This document shows, one piece after another, positions 36,660-51,200 of a stretch of 64,000 bases of DNA. Numbering within the stretch: position 1 is the first letter of the stretch; the number at the start of each line of letters is the position of its first letter. The notes below the pieces were generated by a model. It was not told the DNA's origin, did no database searches, and saw only the letters and a program-made list of their open reading frames with translations. A program made the position numbers and the translations under genes. Source of the DNA: Haliotis cracherodii (Eukaryota); the NCBI RefSeq assembly GCF_022045235.1, contig NW_027266275.1, positions 80,042,001 to 80,106,000 on the forward strand, written 5' to 3'.

Positions 36660-37060
36660 GTTAAATCTTATACTTGCGCACAGTGAAGTGTCTATGTGGA
36701 ATAATTGTTGAATCTTATGCTTGTCGTGAACGGTGAAGTATCTGTGTGGAATAATTGTTGAAACTTATGGTTGTTGTGAAAAGTGATGTGTCTGTGTGGA
36801 ATAATTGTTGAATCTTATGCTTGTCGTGAACGGTGAAGTGTCTGTGTAGAATAATTGTTGAATCTTATGGTTGTTGTGAACAGTGAAGTGTCTGCGTGGA
36901 ATAATTGTTGAATCTTATGCTTGTGAACAGTGAAGTGTCTGTGTGGAATAATTGTTGAATCTTATGCTTGTTGTGAACAGTGAAGTGTCTGTGTGGAATA
37001 ATTGTTGAATCTTATGCTTGTTGTGAACAGTGAAGTGTCTGTGTGGAATAATTGTTGACA
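36660..37060. repeat. 50 bp tandem repeat, about 8 copies
   Basis: ataattgttg recurs at 36701, 36751, 36801, 36851 and 36901. Confidence 0.93.
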
Positions 37061-39166
37061 GCATTATGCTTGTGGCTCTTGTTAAGTGCTAAGATAGATA
37101 CATTTATGATGCAAGAACATTTGTCTTTTTGTTTTAATTTCCTGCATCCCTGTTCACAGTAAAATGGATTGATCCATGTGCCTACTTTGTCTAACTATCA
37201 CAGTCACTCATCCCTGACTTATACCTGGGTTGTCTAATAGCTACTGTTAAACTGTTTTAAAAATTTAGACGAAGCGGGTTAATAAGAAATCTTTACTGAG
37301 GCATTGAATATTGTAACTTTGATAAAACAACGTATAAGCAAGAGTCGCATGACACTGTTTGTGACATGTAGACACTAAAGGCCGGAGATGTAGGATTATT
37401 ACTCACATAAAGGGACAGTTGACTATTTGAAAGTTGAAGTCATCGGTTCTTGTCATTAAGTCTTGTGGAGAATTGTATTGTGACTCTGAATGCAGAGATC
37501 GAAATATGAAATGGACGATGTGGTCTTACTGGTTTCCCCTATTTCTTGTTTAGGTGGGTAAATCAGTGGAAGGCTGTTTAATGGATATTGTACGATATCA
37601 GATCATTTCTACACCTGAAGCTTAAGTTAGACTTCTTGGCCAAATCACCTTGTTCTGTTCAGAAATTCCCATTCACATGCATAAAGAAACAGATCCGCAA
37701 GAAGGGGAGCACAATGGGTGCCTATGGGGATTGTTCAAATGCAAGCCAATCCTCTGAGTTTTGGAGATCCAAAAGGTATGCTTTTCATGTAGGACAGCGA
37801 AACTTTGGATGACATATTTAAAACTATCTAACCCTTCATGGGCGTGCTTTCAGTGTCTAGCATTCACCAGGTACCTTTGTTTATTCATGCCAGATGATGG
37901 TATGCTCAACTATTATTGAATGTCATACTAAAACGACGAGGACATAACACTCTTGGTAGGAGAGACTGATGTAAATATATTTGTAGCAGGGATTGATTGC
38001 AGTTTTAGCGGCATTCTGCGTCATCTCGCAAAGTAGAGATATCCACCTTTGTGTGAACGTGAACATGGTCGTTTCGAAAAAGTATGCAGATGGGACGTTT
38101 TTTTACAGTTTTACAGTTTCCGAGAAAATAACAAACGATAAGAAGTGATATCAACTCCATAAATGACCATCTGTCATTATTTTGCCTAGTAAATGTGGAA
38201 CTAAGGTTAAAAGGACGTCAACAGTTTGTGTAGGGGTTTGACACTTACGATAAAGGGAGACAGTTTAAAGGGAGGTAACTCTTGTACGACAATAGTTTCG
38301 TTAAAGTGTTATGTTCACTACAGTGAAATATCAAGTGTTATTTTCACTGCAATGAAAATATCACATTTCTCAACTTTAGAAAACTCAGTCTTTCATATAT
38401 ATAAAGACAGGTTCAAAGCATTCAACAGTGACAAGTTCTGGACATCAATGATTAAATTACCTGTTACGTACTTCTGCTGCCACTTACTTGACCCATGATA
38501 TTACCGTTTATGATTGAAAACAAAACATCTGCATTTGTGATTGTATTTGAATTAAAATCTGAATTGAATTCGCTGAAATACCTACATTTGTGAACAAAGA
38601 GCCAAATTACCCAGTGTGCATTCTATCCTCGTGGTAGGTTTAAACAGGATTATTGTGAAATCATTATCTTTAATATGGAGTTTAAGGCTAAGACATTTGG
38701 TCAGTCTCCAAGTAAGGATAAAATCAGGGTCTCGAAGAAATCAGAATTGTTATTGTAATCGTCAGGCTCGGTCGGAAACGATCGAGACCTTCTATTTTCG
38801 ACCACGTTCCCGAAATCGTTTTGAAGTTTTTATAGCTGTTACATATATGAGTAGTCACCATGATTAAAGTCTAGTTCCAAATCAGTTGCAGAAATAACAG
38901 ACTCAACGTAAGTTGTAGTTTGGGGCCCAGCGAGTTTTAGAAATTTTATGATTCGATAGACGTATTTTACAGTATTTATAATAATTACTGTGCATCATTA
39001 TTGGCTCTGCCTTTGCGCATAGTCATTATTCTTTTCCAGTAGATTACATAAACAAAAGAAGCTAGAATTGGTAGAAATTAAATATCTAACTGTCAAACTG
39101 ACAAGCATTAAAATAGAGTACGACTTGCAGTTAGTTCATGTATGTATTGAAATTGTAACTGCCATA

Positions 39167-39196
39167 AATAACAACAGCAGCAGCAGCAGCAGCAGC

Positions 39197-39250
<54 letters not shown>
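39167..39250. repeat. Compound (CAG)n(CAA)n microsatellite
   Basis: Direct reading. Confidence 0.97.
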
Positions 39251-39399
39251 TAAAGATTTCAATTGACTTTAATTATTTGTTATTGTTTTTTTTCAATCCG
39301 TTTTAACACTATCTCTTTGAAACTGACGGTTGGTATGGGACAGAAAAAATCCTGACAACCACGTTCCCCACCCCCCAACCCGTTACAGTTATCTTCATC

Positions 39400-40790
39400 T
39401 GAGTGTGGCAGACCTGATGAGATTAAAGGAAATTAAGAAACTTTGGTCGAGGAAGAACCTTTAGGAACTTTGTGATTCAGCTTTGGCGTTGCTGATTGAA
39501 GAACAATTTGAAAGTTTTGAAATGAAAAAGGCTGGAAATGAAAATTCAAAAAGAGAAAAAAACAGAGCGGAGAGATAAAAAACTTAAACTACTAAAAAAT
39601 TAAAAAAGAGGGGAGAGAGAATTCAGAATGAGGAAAAAACGACTTGCAAATTAAAGAGAAAAGGAATCCTCTCAAAATGATCTCAATCCTTTGATCCGAA
39701 TGGCAGATTAGTTCCTCCTTTCCAAGAAAAAGTAGTTGCTAAAACTAATTGCTTTTTGCAAAGAGGGCAACAAATTTGAAATGGCCAAAAAGGCATTGTG
39801 TAATATGTTATTGCATTGTGTAATATGTTATTGCAAAGCTTATTAAAAGGCAAAGCCCAAGAAGTCTTTTCAGCACTAACAGCTGATGTCAGTTCAACTT
39901 ATGATGAGGTGAAAAGGGCTATTTTGAAAGCTTATGACTTGGTACCTGGAGCATACAAGCACAGATATATAGGCAAGAAAAGGGGTGATGATACTTGCAT
40001 GTAGTCGTATATAGAGTTTTCGTTGTGCAGACATTGTTTATTGAAGGATGTTGGTCAGAAGTTTGACGTCCCGTGAAGATTCGGGATAGAATAGGTAGTT
40101 AGCAATCCATGCTTGTCGTAAAAGGCAACTAATGGGATCGGGTGGTCAGACTCGCTGACTTGGTTGATGCATGTCATCGATCTCAATTGCGTTGATCGAT
40201 GCTCATGATGTCAAGCACTGTCAAGCACTGGATTTTCTGGTCCAGACTCGATTATTTACAGACCGCCGTCATATAGCTGGAATATTGCTCAGTGCGGCAA
40301 ATAAACAAAAACAAACAAACAGAAGTTTGACAAGTTAAGGCAGTTTGTTGGAATGTAATGCAACAGAAGATTGATCAGTTACCCCAGGCTGCAACCTTGA
40401 CAGATGATTACTTTGTTACTCTCCCAGGATTGGCCAGGAGTATCCAAGGACAGGGCAATCGGGTACTAGTAATCTTGTTCCACCGGTTCAAATTCTAGCA
40501 AGTCGGGTAGTTCACTCCCTACGAGATCAGATACCCCAGCTGGTTCGAACCAGAATTCAGGTCTGTCGCCAGTTGTTTGATGTAGATATTGCCACAAGCC
40601 AACTCGTTTGGTCACAAAACTGTCCCCATGTCTTTGTGAGTGTCAAGTCCTTAACACCGAGGAGTAGAATGTGTTTGGGTGTTCAGCTGTCAAAGGAGGA
40701 GCACTTGCTGCCTTTTATTTCAAAAGGTTGTGTGCCACTTAAAGGTGATACATCCACATGTAGGTTTCAATTAGAAACACTCTTGTAACA
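39400..40790 (+). mobile_element. Gypsy-type LTR retrotransposon gag/protease remnant
   Basis: RLVPPFQEK...NLKWPK, LLQSLLKGKAQEVFSALTADVSSTYDEVKRAILKAYDLVP and PFISKG...RNT resemble SCAN-associated Gypsy gag and a protease start. Interrupted by a SINE. Confidence 0.7.
40068..40319 (+). mobile_element. SINE family A inserted in the Gypsy gag remnant
   Basis: Perfect 12 bp TSD cagaagtttgac at 40056-40067 and 40320-40331. Confidence 0.9.
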
Positions 40791-42206
40791 ATATCAACAC
40801 ACGCATTTAATATCCATTTCAAGACGGTTGTGTATAAAGTGAATAATCATTTATTACAATCAGAACATGGAGAGAAACACAAATTTATAAAATGAGAATG
40901 AAAGACAGGGTTCCGCCGTAAACAAAAAAAATGTTATACACCTTGGTCAACATATATAACATGTTTATGTGAATAATGTTACATAACATAACCATAACAT
41001 AATAATAACAGAACTAAAGAGAAGACTTTCAAGAGAAGGTTTCAAATTGTTTATGGTAGACGTGTGGAACACGTTTCCAAATTTTACGCATCGGTGACAA
41101 ACATGATGTCCGATGCAATTCCCTAATTTGGTTTGTACCATATGTTCGTGTGTTTTTTCAGGCGGGCAATTGACTTGCCTTTACATGTATTTGTAAAGGG
41201 TGCCACCGGTGGAGCAGGACATGCTCACCTTTTCGCGAACACCAGGTATCACCCCTATGTGATAGCGTTTCATAAACGTCGTAATTGTATTGTTTTTGTC
41301 GTGGAAATACAATGTCCCCAAAAGGCTTTACATATTGTGGCACACTCTCACTCTCTCATCCCCCGGAATCTACATGCCCTTGATATGAATGATATGTATA
41401 CCGTATATGACCGCGGATAAGCCGACCCTGTAGATAAGCCGAGGTGTTAACTTGACCATTGAAATACAAAAGAAAATGATATGACCCGCAGATAAGCCGA
41501 ACCAGGAAGTGCAAGGCAAAAAACACTGCGAAGTCGGTCTGCGCCGATGTCAAAGACAAAAAACGTTGTAATTATATTGACAAAGTCATTATTATTTATA
41601 ATAAAGATTTAACAAACCTGTCATCCACTTTCATGATGTGGGACGCTGTTTCTCTTGTCTTTTTTTAATCTCATTATGATCGTTTTTTGTTGGCATCAAC
41701 AACGAAGCGCCATTTTGTGAAACGGTGTATATAGAATTATGAACCCGTGAGACATTGTACCAACAAATGAAAACACAAGTCGAATATTTAGTTTCAAATC
41801 AGTGTATTTTTGTTATTTGTTGTCCCAAAAAGGTTAATTACAGTTTAATATGACTGCCTTTGCAATTTGTTTAAACACACTTTTGTATGCTGATCTTCAA
41901 GAAGTAAAAACTCTTAATGAATCATAAGGCTTACAGTAAACTTAAAATTATACGAGACGATAATCACCATCTTTTGCTTTGAACATTTGTATGACTTTTC
42001 ATGCTACATTTTCTACTCTTAGACTTCACTTCCTGTATTGCTGTAGGAAAACTGTTCATACAACTTTGACATATTGATTAAATAAAGAGATTGAGTGATT
42101 AACCCATTAACTGATGGTTTAGCGATCACTGTTTATTCATACCATATACCCGTGTGTCTTGTGGATCTATAAATATTTAAATCTACGTGTAGTTGCAGCC
42201 TTTGGA

Positions 42207-45200
42207 ATGACTACCCACTGGTGTACGATTGTGCTGGTGTGCTTTGGACTGATGAATAGCATGGTAGACATGAGAAGCACACGACAACATGCACAAGGTC
42301 AGACACTACTCTGTTATTCTGTTCAGATTATATATGTGTTGTTGTATCAAGGTCAATGTAACCTTATGTTGCGCCTCACTATAGATTGGGTATATTCATA
42401 TCATAATTAGGATCTGAACTGTTATATCCCTGATGTGCAAGAATGTATATAGTTTATCTTTCGTGTACCGCACCAGTACCATTGAAGCGCTACCCAACGA
42501 ATATATTATTTAGCCTCTCGTACCTACATTTGTCCCAATTTGATATGGCACTTCGCTTGGTTGACACTCATTTCTGTACCGTCCAGCAGTACAGAACCAT
42601 CAACAAAATCAACACCGATATCGATATTATGTCCCACATCCTTGGCTCGTTTTAAGGAAACTGTGGAATGCCTTGTTTTCATCATGAGTCTTGACATGCT
42701 TAACAAGAGGATCATCAGACAAATAAATGTGTGCAAAAGTGCACAAAACAATTCTATCATGAAGAGTGAGTGAGTGAGTATGGTTTTACGCCGCTTTTAG
42801 CAATATTCCAGCAATATCACGGCGGGGGACACAAGAAATGGGCTTCACACATTGTACCCATGTTGGGAATCGAACCCGGGTCCACTAGGCTACCCGACCG
42901 CCCCTATCATGAAGAGCCTCCACATTAATCAAACCACGCCCTCCCATCATAATTGGTAAATATAAACGATTGAGGGAAGAGCGAGGGTGGTGAGATCTAT
43001 TGTCTGACATGATTCTTCGTGTGAGGGTGTCAATACCCTGAATTTCTTGTTTTGTCCAATCAACAACACCAAAAGAATACGAAAGGACNNNNNNNNNNNN
43101 NNNNNNNNNNNNNNNNNNNNNNNNNNNNNNNNNNNNNNNNNNNNNNNNNNNNNNNNNNNNNNNNNNNNNNNNNNNNNNNNNNNNNNNNNNNNNNNNNNNN
43201 NNNNNNNNNNNNNNNNNNNNNNNNNTTGTCACTGTCGCAACAAGCCCTGTAACGCCACGGGAGACTGTAGCGGAAACTGCGACACAGGCTGGTATGGAAA
43301 CTACTGTCAAAAACGTAAGTCAAATGAGAAAGCTTAAAACTACTGTAAGTATGTATGAACATGTCTGTGAGTACCCCACTATAGTGCTTGCTTGTTGACT
43401 AAATAGTAATATAATGCCAACACATATTTAATGTATCCAGTTTCATAGAAAACATGTATGTTCGTTGCACAGCATTGTTCATTTATCTTATAGTATTAAC
43501 TGCTCAGTATTATGCGTACAAGTATGTTTGTTGCATAATGGCGTGAGACCCATTATATTTTCCATTAGTTGTACAATATGTTATGATAGGGCCATATGTA
43601 ATGTTTTATTGGTGCTGACCATTCTGCAATAAATATAGTCTGTTTCCAGTTTCCCGTTTTATGTTCATGTTTATGGCGTTGTATACATCAGATCTCTGAT
43701 GTCGTGTCGCTGCATTAACCATCATTTCGTTCTTTCATCTCACCAGAAAATGTCGCGTTAAATGGCACAGCGACACAGAAGGGCACTTACCATGTGTCGA
43801 ATAAGGAGACAGATGACAGGCATATATATTTCAATGCTGGTTTGGCTCTTGACGGCAACACCAACACAACATTCTACTCCCTGACATGTTCACATGCTGG
43901 ACCCGAAAACAACTCATGGTGGAATCTGTCACTATCAAACGACCATCAGATAAAATACATCACAATCTACAATCGGAGAGAACGTAAGTTGTCTCCCTTA
44001 TCAGGGCAGATAAATGATAATTGTGATACAGTTTACAATCAGGTAACAGTAAATTGTGCATTGTTGTCTCAAACATAGCATCCTTAGGTCACTAACAAGA
44101 AAACCTAAACATAATGTAAAAATGTAAAAATACTTACCGCTGTTCGGAGGTAATTAACTACTAACAGGACACGCCGTCTTAATATATGAACTTCCAATGA
44201 CTAATCACTTCTGTCTGAATTCCAAATTTGTACCAAAGACATCTGAAGATCCAGATGCTCTATGCTATATATGATCAACATTTCTACAGTTTGAATAACT
44301 GTATGACATCTAAGGTGATGTCACTACTCTCATGTACATACCACACATGCATACCAGACCTGTGAAGATCCGGGTTAGAATAGGTCTTCAGCAATCCATA
44401 CTTGTCTACACCCGTGAGGATAAGGGGAAGAATAGGTCTTCAGCAACCCATGCTTGTCTACACCCGTGAAGATAAGGGGTAGAATAGGTCTTCAGCAACC
44501 CATGCTTGCCGTAAAAGGCAACTATGCTTGTCGTAAGAGGCGACTAACGGGATCGGGTGGTCAGGCTCGCTGACTTGGTTGATGTATGTCATCGTATCCC
44601 AATTGCGTGGATCGATGCCCATGTTGTCAATCACTGGATTGTCTGGTCTAGACTCGATTATTTAAAGACCGCCGCCATATAGTTGTTATATTGCGGCGTT
44701 AAACAACAACGGGATCGGTTGGTCAGGCTCACAATTGCGTGGATTGATTTTCATGATGTCATTCACTGGATTGTCTGATTGACTCGATTATGTACAGACC
44801 GCCGTCATCTAACTGGAATATGAACACTGGAGTCTGGCATTAAACAACACACAAACAAACAACAACATACACGCACGCACGCGAACAACATACTTCACTG
44901 CATACCCACGTGACTCCTACACGCAGTCGCACAGTGCACATCTTGCCCGCAAACATCCACACATCAGCATCGAATCCACACCCCCTATACCAAACAGGCA
45001 TGCGTAATATCTACCAACTCATTCATCCGTCATCCACCCTTAACTACGCCAAGGCCGCACCCCGTTATAAATCATTTAGAATGGAAATAATTTTGAACGT
45101 AAGTCCTCATCCACACATCAGCATCGAATCCACACCCCCTATACCAAACAGGCATGCGTAATATCTACCAACTCATTCATCCGTCATCCACCCTTAACTA

Positions 45201-48200
45201 CGCCCATGCCGCACCCCGTTATAAATCATTTAGAATGGAAATAATTTTGAACGTAAGTCCTCAAATATTTTCACAACCTTGTTTTCCTATTTGTTTATTT
45301 GTTGGTCACTGGATGTTCTGGCCCATGGATCGATCACTTGCTTTGTTTGTTTACAAGCCGCCGTCGCCAGGCAGGAGTACTGATGTGCTGCGTCAGGCAA
45401 CAAACACTTAATACTATTTGCTTCATGCAGATTGTGTGAGTGGCGGGTTCTGCCGGTAGGGCAGGACATGCATACCATTTTCACGAACTGACTTTCAGTG
45501 ATCCATTCTTATAATTTTCACTGCTATTTTGACTTTTAAGCTCGATGGAATATGTTTCTGTTTATTATCTGGCGTTGATGTTGTATACATGTAGTTAGAC
45601 CACTGATGTATAACTCTTGTAAGTGTACCTTAATCCATCTTTCAAGCCTACACCACAACCGGGCTATCTAGGTATAAACTTTGTATTGAGGGTGTAATAT
45701 GTCGCCCCTCACTGCTGCACAAGCTGAGTTCTTGCTGACTCCTCGCTCTGTTTTGAAACACTTACATGTCGTTATATGTATTCACATCTCAAACACAACA
45801 GCACAGGGTAACCGACACATGACAAGTAATATCCAAGTTGTTATACTCATAATTGGGGTGACATATGTGGAACCGATAAGGCAATCATCGTGGAATATAC
45901 CTGGCATTTCCTGGCAATAGACCACAGAAGGAAAATACTACTAATTAAAAATATCATCAGCATATACCATCTCTAACATTTGACCGACAACACATCATTA
46001 TCTATATCATGATGTTATAACAATATAGTTATCTATATAATGATGTATAACAATATAGTTATCTATATCATGATGTTATAACAATATAGTTATCTATATC
46101 ATGATGTTATAACAATATAGTTATCTATATAATGATTATGATAATATAGTTATCTATATAATGATGTATAACAATATAGTTATCTATATCATGATGTTAT
46201 AATAATATAGTTATCTATAATATAATGATGTATAACAATATAGTTATCTATATCATGATGTTATAACAATATAGTTATCTATATCATGATGTTATAACAA
46301 TATAGTTATCTATATAATGATGTATAACAATATAGTTATCTATATAATGATGTATAACAATATAGTTATCTATATCATGATGTTATAACAATATAGTTAT
46401 CTATATCATGATGTTATAACAATATAGTTATCTATATATTGATGTGTTATCAGTCAAATGTTAGAGATTTAAAAGACGTTATGCGTTTGATAGTATTCTG
46501 AAGATACATTTTGATGAGTAGGAACTGATGCTATGCTATATCTGATTCATACAGGCGCCGATAGATGGAAAGGAATGGAAGTTCTCGTAGGCGGGATGCA
46601 ATGTTTAAAAAGGAAAACGACACCTGATCTCGTCTGGAATGTTACCTGTGACAGAGCTCTGACAGGGAGAAATGTTACAATAACAACTCATTCAGCCCAT
46701 CTCAGCCTATGTGAAGTACAGGTGTTTGGTGAGTTCGTTGGAGCCTCCTTTTCTCTTTCATCTATCGAAAGTTAGTAAATTACAAAATGTGTCCATGTTG
46801 ATTTGATCTACTAACTAGTGAGTGAATATGGTTTTACACCGCTTTTAGTAATATTCCAGCACCAGAAATGGGCTTCACACATATATTATCACAATATTTG
46901 ATTTTCTAACCTGGTCATTGTAGTATTTCCCCTACGCATTTTCAGTAGGGCGCAACGCTCTGCCCTTTTCATGCCAAGTATGACTTCAGGTGTTTAGGAA
47001 CACGGTGACCGTTGGGGACTGGCTTGGTGTTGGTAGTATAGACGTCGTATGTACAAGTTTGTATCACTATTCAGCAGGTCAAAGTTAGCCCACAGTTAGC
47101 CTAACGCTTAGTATGAGTTATATAATGTGAAGATCGTAGCTATGTGATTAAGACGCAATGTGAAGTAAAATCTTTAAGTATTCAGAAATTGATTATTTTA
47201 ATCGTGGTGTGTGTGGCTGCTTGTACTATTTCGGACTGATGCCGATTTATAGCCTACTGAGATACCATGCCGCAGTTTCAGATGAATACCCCACCCAGAC
47301 ACAATATACTGACTCCGAGCCGACCAGTCCTTGTTTTAGCCCCTTATGCCGAGCACCAGACAGGGTAACAACAAGTACCATTTTTTACCATATTTTGGTA
47401 TGACGCGGCCGGGGATCGAACCCCGGACCTTCCGTTCTCCAGGCGGACGCTCTACCACTAGACCACGGAGGCTGTTCTCCTACACTGGAATATGCGGTCA
47501 GCTCACTTGGGACCGACAGTGAAATAACAAATGAAATAGATTTGATTCTTTACTTAATGAACACTATTTTATTACATATTGAATAATGCAACATGATAAG
47601 CTCATATGTCTGTTCCGATACGTTTGAAATACTGTAAAAAAACGGCCTCAGACCGAAATCACTCCGAATGATTCTTCATGGTTTAGTTTGTAGTGACTTC
47701 TGGTTTGGACAAGACTGCGACAAGCAGTGCAACTGTTTCAACGAGACGGAGATATGTGACAAAGTAGAAGGTCAGTGCACAAGCGGATGTCCACCAGGGT
47801 TTAATGGAACAGATTGTCTTCAAGGTGAGGGAACAAGGAGATTGATGTCATCTAAAAAGAATATTCATTTTAAAAATATCGTATGCGATCTCAACCATAT
47901 GTGAGCATGCATGTACCACGGGATAAAAAATTAGCCTAAAGACACACATACAACAGAAATGGTTTATTACAGAATGTGTAAATGGCACCTATGGCTCGAA
48001 CTGCTCTTTCTCGTGTGGACACTGCGTGAACAACACCTTCTGTGACAGAACTGACGGCATCTGTCCCCACGGCTGTGACGACGGGTGGACCAACGCTACA
48101 TGTGACAAGGGTAGGATGGACAGCATGTGTGACAGACACAGGATTCCCAAACAATAGCATTTCTTTTAAATGTTTAAAGCCAATGCTTCTATACATTTCT

Positions 48201-51200
48201 TTCACTATAAGCAGGAGTCTGCAATATTTCCAGGACCAAGAATACATCCTTTTCCAGGCCGTCCAGTGAAACAAATCTACTTCACTACATTAATAATGAA
48301 ATGCAGTTTCCGCAACTTTTCTCAAAATACTTCATTCACAGCTTGTAATGGCACATATGGTAAGAACTGTACGGAGAAATGTGGACACTGTAACGGAACT
48401 AGCTGCAACCACGTCGACGGCACCTGCCCAAACGGCTGTCTGTCGGGTTGGAATGGAACGACGTGTCATGTTCAGACTGAGCGTGAAGGTTAGAAGCATT
48501 ATACTGTAATTGTATTATATATCATTGTAGAGTCGACGTTCTTAAACAATTACCCTCTTCACAGCATGAAGTGGTTGTATTAGAAGCATTATTCTTCATC
48601 TTTACATAAAACACATATGTTCCATAGTCATGTTGCAGGAGCCGTGACAGTCGTAGATCTAAGATCGCTTTGTGAAACGAGGTCCATCTGTTTTATTCAG
48701 GTTTGGATGACAATGGCGGAACATCTATTTTTGGGATGACCAATCTCGTGGTTGGTGTGGCATTGACTGTAGTAATCATCGTTGCTGTTGCTGTTGCTGT
48801 GATATTGCTGAAAAGGTATGTTAGAAAGAAACCTTCAGCAAATAAGGATAACCACTGGCATATGCACAGAGTTCAAAGAAGCCTCCTTCTCCAAAAGACA
48901 TGGGCATGAAACGTATATTGCGAATCATGCAGGTATCTCCCTTGTATTACAGGAGACAACTGAGATCTGACAGTCACACAACCCCATGTGTTCCAGGTCG
49001 AGTGTTTAGTAAGTGGTTTTACATATCCGTACGTTGTAGTGATAAATCTTCTTCTATACCTGAACAATTGTGTTATACATTGTTGTTGAACTCAGGGGTT
49101 GCATTTTCTAATTAACCGGATGCAGCTGTAACCTGTCGTGTGGAGCCTACGAGCAACAGGACATTGATACCATGCAGGTAACTGGTCCACAACTAAGTTC
49201 GATAATCACCCAGAAACTACTGCTAAATGTATTAACGAAGTGTGCCTCTTTCAGATGTTGAGGATGAGGACGAGGCGTTCTCGGTGGAGGTAGAAGTTGA
49301 CTTTACTGAAGATGACGATGCAACCTACTGCAACTGGGTCTCCCCCTATGTCGTGCTGGAGAAACTGGCTCAGTACATAAAAAGGAAACAAGAGGACGAT
49401 ACGTCCTTTGAAAATGAATACAAGGTAACTAATAATTACGTTATACTATCCCGTTGTTGTGCTAAATTGGTTTGTATTCAACGATAACGTGATAACTATT
49501 AATTCTGATTTTATGAAAACTAAATAACGCAACCTCTTTATTAATTTACATATTATGGAATCTAATGGAGTCCATAAGTTGTACTTAACCCGCTCCAATG
49601 CGATGTAACGGTATGTATATCATTAATCTAATGAACCTCCAGATGCTTCCGTACGGGATCAGAGGCCACGTTGAAGAAGGAAAAAAGCCTGAAAACAAAC
49701 CGAAAAATAGATTTGCTGCTTTGTACCCATGTAAGTGTTTAAGTTGAACTCAAATGTGAATATATTTTAAAAAATATTTCATTTGCACAAAAAAACATAA
49801 CAAACACGAATATCGTCTTGAAGCACAGGGTGGAATTATTTTTTCTTTGCAATTTCTGATTTTTCACAAAGACTAAAAGGTGTTAACTTTTCACATCTCA
49901 CAATCTCAGACGATGAGTCGCGAGTGATTCTTGAGAGCAGTGGAAATGCTACATCAGGCTATATCAACGCTAACTACATGCAGGTTTGTGCTTTCGTATC
50001 AGATCCTTGCATAGTAAAACACAGGTCTAAGGATTTTATTTAATTCATATAGCTGTTTATATAGCTGTCATTTTTCACAATTCGTTTCGGACAGAAAAAA
50101 ATAAATATCCATTGTACTTTTTTCGAAATTCAATAATCCCAAATTGAATAGAGAGGAATTCAAAATAAGTCTACATTGGTGTTGTCAGAAACATTATTGT
50201 AATACATGTCTGTGTCATGTTTAGTATGCTACATTTTGCGTTTTCTCGTTTGTTGAAGGGCTTCCCTGATGGTTCTAAATACATCGCCACACAAGGTATT
50301 TCTTCTGTCTGTTTCAGTGTGTGTCGTATGTATAATGCTTGAAAACACCAAACTTGCACATCTTGGTGATAATATTGGCGTTATTGGCCAAGAAAAGTTC
50401 TGTATTTCAATCGACTAATGGAGAAATGCCAATAATTCACACTTTTTGGTGATGCTCTGAGAGAAAATACACCACGCGTTCATTTACACATTGGTAGTTC
50501 CTCTTTCATTACGTCCACGTAATTATAAACAGGTCCTACGCCAGCGACAGTGGGAGACTTCTGGAGAATGGTTTGGCAGCAGCGGGTGGGGAAAATAGTC
50601 ATGGTGACACAGCTGAAGGAGATGCAGAAGGTACATGAAGTTCAAGCTGTAGAATTTGTTTTTGTTTTGTTTTTGCTTAAATATATACTAGGACAAGGTA
50701 AAACATATCCAAGCTATATCCTTTAAGTAAACATATGTTTTAAAGTCGAGCTTTCATTGTGGACATGATGTGTCATACAATCGGCTCATCCTCATTTATC
50801 CATAAAGTGGGGGCGGTCGGGTAGCCTAGTGATTAAAGCGTTCGATAGTCACGCCGAAGACCCGGGTTCGATTCCCGACATGGGTACAATGTGTGAAGCA
50901 TATTACTGGTGTCCCCCGCCGTAATATTTTTGGAATTTCCTAAAAGCAGCGTAAAACCATACTCACTCACTGACTTATCCATCATAAACTACTTACAAGA
51001 GAAATGTCTTGGACGGCCACAGCTCTGTTACTGCATACTGAAGGAATACATGGGCGAATATGGGACCATTTTTCTCATCCCTGTGCTTCGACTCTTCAAT
51101 GTTGAATGTACGTACAACTGGCTGCGGGTTATTTCGATGGTTGACAGGTAAAGTGCGAGCGGTACTGGCCTGACAAGGACAAAAGCAAACACTGCGGCGA

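Noticed and set aside
40800-41270. Possible Penelope-like repeat, with related short fragments near 3990-4045, 8670-8735 and 59460-59520
   Set aside because: A shared ggtgttcgcga motif suggests a repeat family, but no coding motif was recognisable enough to classify it.
49126-49177. AG/GT-bounded 52 nt possible extra juxtamembrane exon in gene B
   Set aside because: Inclusion breaks the frame between 48953-49008 and 49255, while skipping preserves it. It cannot be supported without transcripts.
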